From: Candidatus Latescibacterota bacterium
Lineage (GTDB): Bacteria > Latescibacterota > UBA2968 > GCA-2709665
Direction: 5' to 3'
NCBI GenBank assembly: GCA_965222075.1
Contig: OZ244937.1
Coordinates: 5,120,001-5,184,000 of the forward strand
DNA: 64,000 nt
The position numbers and the translations under genes were made by a program. Shown piece by piece: positions 58,227 to 64,000 of this stretch (position 1 is its first letter; each line of letters opens with the position of its first letter). The notes under the pieces were generated by a model. That model was not told the origin of the DNA, did no database searches, and was given only the letters and a program-made list of their open reading frames with translations.

Positions 58227-59144
58227 ATGCTTACTCAGGAACAGATTGATTTCTACCATACCAACGGCTATCTCGGTCTGGAAGACATCCTCTCACATCA
58301 GGAGGTCGAAGACCTCCGCCGGGTCACCGATGCGTTCGTTGAAAGGTCGCGGCAGGTCACCAGAACCGACGATGTGTTCGACCTGGAACCAAGCCATACG
58401 CCTGAAAGCCCCCGGTTGCGCCGTCTCATAAACCCGTCCCAACAGCACGACGTGTACGCCCGAGGCCTGCGCCACGACAAGATCCTGGACATCATCGCCC
58501 AGCTCATCGGTCCTGGCATTCGCACCAATGGGGATAAACTCAATATGAAATCTGCGGAGGTGGGTAGCCCTGTGGAATGGCATCAGGACTGGGCGTTCTA
58601 CCCCCACACCAACGACGATCTGCTGGCCGTTGGTGTGGCCATAGACGACATGACCAGAGAAAATGGGTGCCTGCTGGTCATTCCGGGATCCCATCAAGGT
58701 CGCATCTACGACCACCACCTGAACGGGGCCTTTGCGGGCGCGGTCACCGAACCGGATTTCACCGGTGAAGGCGCCGTCCCGATCGAAGTCAAAGCAGGTG
58801 GCATCTCCATCCACCACGTCCGGACGCTGCACGGCTCCGCCCCGAATACGTCTGGCAAGCCTCGCCGCCTCCTCCTCTATATGTATTGCGCCGTTGATGC
58901 CTGGCCGCTGGTACAGTCTGTAACAAGCTGGGAGGAGTTCAACAGTAAAATTCTGCGCGGGGAGCCGACCCGGGAACCGCGCCTGGTCGACGTCCCCGTC
59001 CGGATTCCCCTTCCCCCTGCCGAGCGCTCGGGGTCCATTTATGAAATTCAAACCGTCCTTGAGTCGAGTAAAATGACGCCTGGTGATGTGGGTACTGCAA
59101 GCGAAATATCTTCGGTTCTTTCAGGGGAAGACAAAGTTGCGTGA
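58227..59144 (+). CDS. PhyH family dioxygenase
   Basis: MLTQEQIDFYHTNGY, WHQD, ENGCL..PGSH, TLHGS. Confidence 0.9.
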   Translation: MLTQEQIDFYHTNGYLGLEDILSHQEVEDLRRVTDAFVERSRQVTRTDDVFDLEPSHTPESPRLRRLINPSQQHDVYARGLRHDKILDIIAQLIGPGIRTNGDKLNMKSAEVGSPVEWHQDWAFYPHTNDDLLAVGVAIDDMTRENGCLLVIPGSHQGRIYDHHLNGAFAGAVTEPDFTGEGAVPIEVKAGGISIHHVRTLHGSAPNTSGKPRRLLLYMYCAVDAWPLVQSVTSWEEFNSKILRGEPTREPRLVDVPVRIPLPPAERSGSIYEIQTVLESSKMTPGDVGTASEISSVLSGEDKVA

Positions 59145-60108
59145 CTTTCCGTCAAAAGATGAAGTCACCATCTGTTTCGCCGTTACCTATCAGATGGCGG
59201 CCAGGTTTGAGAAGCGTGCATCCGGTATCAGCCACTACCAGGCGTGGACGCCGGATGAGGTGACCGAGCGAATCGGTGAGGTTGTCGTGTTCGTGGGTTA
59301 CGGATTCTGGCGCGACGATCTGCTCGACCTCGCGCCCCGGCTCAGGTTGATCCAATCCATCGGTGCGGGGTACGACGTGTTTCCACTGGACGAGTTGAGG
59401 GCACGGGGCATCCGGCTTACCAGTTCTCAGGGTGTGAACAGGAACGCCGTGAGTGAGCACGCGATGGCGCTTATTCTGGCGTTTGCCCGACATATCCACA
59501 CCGGACGGGACAACCAGCGCCGGCGCCACTGGCGCGGAATGATCCCGGATCTGTCGCAGCGAGAGGACGAACTGGGTGGAAAGACGATGCTGATCGTGGG
59601 GATGGGAGGCATCGGGTGCAGGCTGGCAGCGCTGGGCAAGGCGTTCGATATGCGCGTCCTTGCCACGAAGCGCAACCCGGCGACCGCCCGGGGACCGGCG
59701 GACGAGGTGCATACGCCGGACCGGCTGCGGGACCTGCTGCCGCAGGCGGACTACGTCGTGTTGACCTGTCCGCTGACGCCGGAGACGGAGAAGATAATCG
59801 ACGCAGAGGCCCTGTCTGCGATGAAAAGCTCTTCGTGTCTGATCAACGTGGCCCGGGGCAGGTGTGTGGATGAGCCGGCGCTGCTGGAAGCGGTGCGCAG
59901 TGGGTCGATTGGGGGTGCCGGGATCGACCATTTTTGGGACGAGCCGCTGCCGGAGGACTCGCCGTTTTGGGATCTGGAGAATGTGGTGATCACGCCCCAT
60001 ACCGCGGGCCAGACCCGGATGTACGAGGAGAATACGATCGATATTCTATTGGAGAACCTGGAACGGCTGTGGCGTGGCGAGGTGGAACTGCGTAACCAGG
60101 TTTTGTAG
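59137..60108 (+). CDS. D-2-hydroxyacid dehydrogenase
   Basis: GAGYD, VGMGGIG, PLTPET, INVARG, ITPHTAG; start uncertain. Confidence 0.9.
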   Translation: MRDFPSKDEVTICFAVTYQMAARFEKRASGISHYQAWTPDEVTERIGEVVVFVGYGFWRDDLLDLAPRLRLIQSIGAGYDVFPLDELRARGIRLTSSQGVNRNAVSEHAMALILAFARHIHTGRDNQRRRHWRGMIPDLSQREDELGGKTMLIVGMGGIGCRLAALGKAFDMRVLATKRNPATARGPADEVHTPDRLRDLLPQADYVVLTCPLTPETEKIIDAEALSAMKSSSCLINVARGRCVDEPALLEAVRSGSIGGAGIDHFWDEPLPEDSPFWDLENVVITPHTAGQTRMYEENTIDILLENLERLWRGEVELRNQVL

Positions 60109-60154
60109 ACGGAGGCCCTCACCTATAAGTGACGGGTTTTTGTGTGGGGAGAAT

Positions 60155-62611
60155 ATGGCGATGGTGAAATTGGAAGTGTTGAAGGCTGCGGTGAACTGTG
60201 TGATTTTGGGGGTGGGTCTCCAGGGGAACAGGGGGGTGCGGATTTATCGGGCACGGCGGGCGTCCGGGCCTTATGAGGAGGTGGGGGTGGCGTATGGGGA
60301 GCGGTATGTGGATGGGGCGGATTTGGAGCCGGGGAGGCGGTATTTCTATTGTGCTGTCGTCTGGAACAGTCCCTACCTGTATCCGGAGCCGGGGTGGTGG
60401 AAGGAGGGGGAGCCGGTTTCTGTGGTTGTTCCACGGGCGCCGAAGGAGAGGCGGGCCATGCTGACGCGGAAGCGGCAGGCGTTTACGGTGAATATGGGCG
60501 GGTACCTGGACGAGTCGAATACGGTGACGAAGCAGCCGGAGACGTACTCTCCCGGACCGGGCCGGAGTATGCCGCCCTACGAGCAGGCGTTTGAGCCGAA
60601 CATGTATGTGGCGATTGAGAACCTGGGGGAGACAGATGTGGTGAATCCGTGGGTGGTGGCCAATGGGGAGAGGGACTGGTGGTCGGTCGAGGGCATGGCG
60701 CGGGAGATTCTGGAGACCGTCGGTTCGGGGGCGTCGGATGGTGAGAAGGCGATGGGAGTGTGGCGGTTTGTTGCCGAAGAGCTTTACGACCAGAGGGCGG
60801 GTCTGTCATGGTCGGACGATTTTGGCGATCCGGTGAAGCTGTTCAATGTGTACGGGTTCGACGGCTGTATTGCGAATGCGGTCGTGAGCTGCCGTTTAGC
60901 CGAGGCAGCAGGACTGAAGGCCCGTGAGATCTGGCTGGGCGAAATTGCCTCTATAGATGGCTACGGCCGGGGACGGGTCTGTGCCCATGATATTTTTGAA
61001 GCGTATGCGGAAGGGGACTGGCGTTTTCTGGATACGGATCAGATGGTGTATTTTCTGAAGCGGGACAACAAGACGGTGGCGGGGTCGGAGGATCTGGCGC
61101 GGGATATCGATCTGCTGCGCCGGTCGCACCGAACCCTGGGTCTGGCGGGAAGGGATATGCCGGAGAATACGTATTATTACACGCCTTTCCGGGAGCGGCA
61201 GTTTGTGTATCCGCCGAACAAAGGGGGGGTCTGGACGGACAACGCGGGCGTTTTTACACATGCGCCGGGGAAATATCCGCCGCCGCATACGATGGGGCTG
61301 CGGCTGCGTCCGGGGGAGAAGCTGGTGCGCTACTGGGACAACGTGGGAAAGCAGGTGGTGCGGGGGCCTCGAATGCATCCGGAGGTACGATATTCCAACG
61401 GGAAGCTGGTCTACCGGCCGGACCTGCGCAGCCCGCTCTGTCTGAAGGGGACCGAGGGGATGAAGAATGTGGCGCAGGAAGGATCGGGACGCAGAGCCGC
61501 GCTGCATCCGGCAAGGGCGGGGCAGGTGTCGGAGGTGGTGTGGAAGGTGGCGTCGCCCTATGCGATTCCGGGGGCGCAGGTGGGGATCACCTGCAGGCGG
61601 GAGACCCGGGAGGACGGTTTGGAGGTGTTGTTTTCAAAGGATGGGGAGAACTGGCGTTCGATCTGGATCGCGTGCGGACAGATGCGCGAGGGCAGACAGG
61701 GTTTTGTGCGCAAGCTGGATGCGTGTATAGAGCTGGACTGGCTCATCAATCCGGCGCTGAACGACTGGCGGGAGGAGAAGGACCTGGTGTGGCGGATGGG
61801 GCCCTGCTATTCCTACTACATCAAGGTGGCGATGTGGGCAGGCTCCAGACCGGAGGCGGTGGGGCTGGACGCGATCCGGTTCGACACGGACATCCAGTGC
61901 GCCACACGATCCCTGCCTTCGCTGTTTTGCGGGAAGAATACGATTGCCTACCGGGACGACAGCCCGGGAGGGCGGAAGGTGCGGGTGACCTACGGCTGGC
62001 AGGAGGAGCATTCGATAAGGCCTCCCGGAGCGCCGGAGCTGGTCTATCCAAAGGACGGGGCGGACGTGAACCGGCTGGATTTCGAGTTCAGGTGGCGGAG
62101 GCCGAAGGTGGACGATTACCATGTGCAGGTGAGCCAGTACGCGGATTTCCGGTGGTGCGTCTGCCCGACGTTCGACCGGTATGTGGGGAGGACGAAGTAT
62201 GCGGGAAAGACGCGGTGGCAACCGGAGTTTCCGAATCTGCTGAATCCGGATGAGACCTATTACTGGCGGGTGCGGGCGAGGAATGCGAAGGGGGTGTGGG
62301 GAGACTGGAGTGAGGTGCGGTCATTCGTGCCGCACGGTCCTCGTCTTCCGGTGGGTCTTGAGGTGAAGGGGCGAGGCAAGGGGAGGGTGCTGGTGTGGTC
62401 AACGAATGGGGAGGGGAATCCGCCGGTGGCGTATCGGGTTCACGGATCGATGGAGTCGGGAGGGTTTTCGGCAGGTGAGGAGAATTTGGTGGGCGTCGTG
62501 GAAGAGACGCGCTGGCCGTTGGAGGGTGCGAAAAAGGGGATGTCGTATCGTGTGGTGGCGGTGGATGTGGGGGGGGTGCCGAGTACGCCGTCGGATTACG
62601 TCGAAATCTAA
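60155..62611 (+). CDS. Large protein with transglutaminase-like core and FN3-like domains
   Basis: YGFDGC, AH..EAYAEGDWRFLD; YYWRVRARN..WGDWS. Confidence 0.55.
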   Translation: MAMVKLEVLKAAVNCVILGVGLQGNRGVRIYRARRASGPYEEVGVAYGERYVDGADLEPGRRYFYCAVVWNSPYLYPEPGWWKEGEPVSVVVPRAPKERRAMLTRKRQAFTVNMGGYLDESNTVTKQPETYSPGPGRSMPPYEQAFEPNMYVAIENLGETDVVNPWVVANGERDWWSVEGMAREILETVGSGASDGEKAMGVWRFVAEELYDQRAGLSWSDDFGDPVKLFNVYGFDGCIANAVVSCRLAEAAGLKAREIWLGEIASIDGYGRGRVCAHDIFEAYAEGDWRFLDTDQMVYFLKRDNKTVAGSEDLARDIDLLRRSHRTLGLAGRDMPENTYYYTPFRERQFVYPPNKGGVWTDNAGVFTHAPGKYPPPHTMGLRLRPGEKLVRYWDNVGKQVVRGPRMHPEVRYSNGKLVYRPDLRSPLCLKGTEGMKNVAQEGSGRRAALHPARAGQVSEVVWKVASPYAIPGAQVGITCRRETREDGLEVLFSKDGENWRSIWIACGQMREGRQGFVRKLDACIELDWLINPALNDWREEKDLVWRMGPCYSYYIKVAMWAGSRPEAVGLDAIRFDTDIQCATRSLPSLFCGKNTIAYRDDSPGGRKVRVTYGWQEEHSIRPPGAPELVYPKDGADVNRLDFEFRWRRPKVDDYHVQVSQYADFRWCVCPTFDRYVGRTKYAGKTRWQPEFPNLLNPDETYYWRVRARNAKGVWGDWSEVRSFVPHGPRLPVGLEVKGRGKGRVLVWSTNGEGNPPVAYRVHGSMESGGFSAGEENLVGVVEETRWPLEGAKKGMSYRVVAVDVGGVPSTPSDYVEI

Positions 62612-62639
62612 GATGGACTACAGAAAGAGGACGTGAGGG

Positions 62640-64000
62640 ATGGCCGACGCTCAGACGGAAGACTTCCGAGATCGGACCCCTGGCGAACGCAGGACGGTGG
62701 GGGAGGGTGTGCGGGACGGCCTGACGGGTCGAGCATTCCTGATCGGGCTTGCGCTGTGCCTCTTTCTGGGAGTGGCGATCCCATACAACCGCATGATGGT
62801 CCAGGGCACCGCTCTGCAATTCTATTTCGTGGATCGAGGTGCCTTGTTCGTTTTTCTGTGTCTGATCCTGCTGGTGAACCCCCTCCTGAAGCGTACGCAC
62901 ACGCTGAAGCGGGGGGAACTCCTGTCCATCTTTTCGATGCTTCTGGTATCGATGCCCACCCTGTGGATGGTCAAGTGGCTGATCGCCTTCCTGACCGGCG
63001 CGACCTACTATGCTTCTCCGGAGCGGCGGGACTTAGAGGCAGTGCTGCCCCATATTCTGCCCTGGACGGCCCCTGAGGACGCCGAGGCCGTGCGGGGGTT
63101 CTACGAGGGGCTGCCGCAGGACGTTCCCATGCCCTGGCTGGCGTGGCTGGCCCCGCTGGCGAGTTGGGGGGCGTTTTTTATGGTGCTGTTCGGGGTGCTG
63201 ATCTGCCTGGCCGTGATTCTACGGAAGCAGTGGGAGGAGCACGAGCGGTTTGCGTTTCCGATTATGCAGGTGCCACTGGAGATGGCGGAGATGGGGGCGG
63301 GGCGGGTAGGACCGCTGTTCAGGAACCGGCTGATGTGGGCGGGATTTGCGATTCCGCTTCTTATCGGCACGATCAACGGGCTGAATCACTATTTTTATAT
63401 GCTGCCCAGAATCCAGATGGGGATGCAGCTGCGGATCTTTCAGGGGACGACGCCATTGCCCCTCAGGCTGCACTTTGCGATTCTGGGGTATTCGTACTTT
63501 GTGAACCTGGACGTAAGCCTGAGTATCTGGCTGTTCAACGTGATCTCCAAGGTCATCCGGGGGATGCTGGCTGTCCTGGGAGCGGAGTATACGGATGTGT
63601 CGGGGATGGTGGGTCGGTTCAGTTCCCGGGGTTCGGCATTTCTGGCGTTGACAGGGATGGGGTATATGCTGGTGCTGGCCGCCTACAGCGCCTGGACCGC
63701 CCGGGACCACCTGCGGGGGGTTTTCGCCAGGGCGCTGGGGAGGCCGTCGAATGCCGACGATTCCGGGGAGGTGATCTCCTACCGGGCGGCTGTTTTTGGG
63801 GCTGTGGGCGGGCTGGTGTATCTGGGATGCTGGCTCCACCAGGCGGGAACCTCGCCGCTGTTGATCTTGTTTCTGTTTTTTTCCTGTGTGGTGGTGTTTC
63901 TTGTACTGGCCCGGATTGTGAGCGAGACGGGGTTCGTGGCCACATATTCGCCGATCAACCCGGCGGAGTTTGTGGTGTGCGCGACGGGCTCGTCGGCGTT
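62640..64000 (+). CDS. DUF6785-type membrane protein, paralogue 3 (runs off the window end)
   Basis: ATG 62640: MADAQTEDF..DGLTGRAFLIGLALC..RKQWEEHERFAFP..ARIVSETG; absent from the ORF track because it has no stop in the window. Confidence 0.8.
   Translation, partial: MADAQTEDFRDRTPGERRTVGEGVRDGLTGRAFLIGLALCLFLGVAIPYNRMMVQGTALQFYFVDRGALFVFLCLILLVNPLLKRTHTLKRGELLSIFSMLLVSMPTLWMVKWLIAFLTGATYYASPERRDLEAVLPHILPWTAPEDAEAVRGFYEGLPQDVPMPWLAWLAPLASWGAFFMVLFGVLICLAVILRKQWEEHERFAFPIMQVPLEMAEMGAGRVGPLFRNRLMWAGFAIPLLIGTINGLNHYFYMLPRIQMGMQLRIFQGTTPLPLRLHFAILGYSYFVNLDVSLSIWLFNVISKVIRGMLAVLGAEYTDVSGMVGRFSSRGSAFLALTGMGYMLVLAAYSAWTARDHLRGVFARALGRPSNADDSGEVISYRAAVFGAVGGLVYLGCWLHQAGTSPLLILFLFFSCVVVFLVLARIVSETGFVATYSPINPAEFVVCATGSSA

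Overview
GC-rich bacterial chromosome segment in three parts. (1) 1-10.9 kb: catabolic and hydrolase genes (LDH2-family oxidoreductase, two C45/Ntn hydrolases, beta-propeller, CocE/NonD, SGNH) plus a dinJ-yafQ pair. (2) About 10.9-37.3 kb: a defence island in which a type I R-M operon is stretched out (hsdM 11.8-14.0 kb, hsdS 24.1-25.4 kb, hsdR 34.2-37.3 kb). Its cargo includes HicBA, Fic, several DUF433/PIN pairs, a lower-GC five-gene operon (hypothetical - TIR - Nmad2-like - MazG/MazG_C - UDG-like), a DUF1883-TIR gene split by IS5, an AlbA_2 ATP-binding protein, MAD3/MAD4-like genes (the second split by an IS), a DarG remnant and an HTH-ImmA/IrrE gene. The cargo blocks are separated by repeated fragments of the hsd gene ends, two of them circularly permuted (hsdS-start::hsdM-end and hsdR-start::hsdS-end). 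(3) 37.3-64 kb: mostly co-oriented catabolic genes (propellers, GH42-like, PhyH, dehydratase, three DUF6785-like membrane paralogues) and an orphan BseCI-like methyltransferase. The best candidates for new biology are the TIR/nucleotide-modification operon, the hsd-end-delimited cassette array, and a 33-bp palindromic element inserted in frame in hsdR. All family assignments come from motif recognition by eye, with no database searches run; GC statements are visual estimates. No rRNA, tRNA or CRISPR array was seen.
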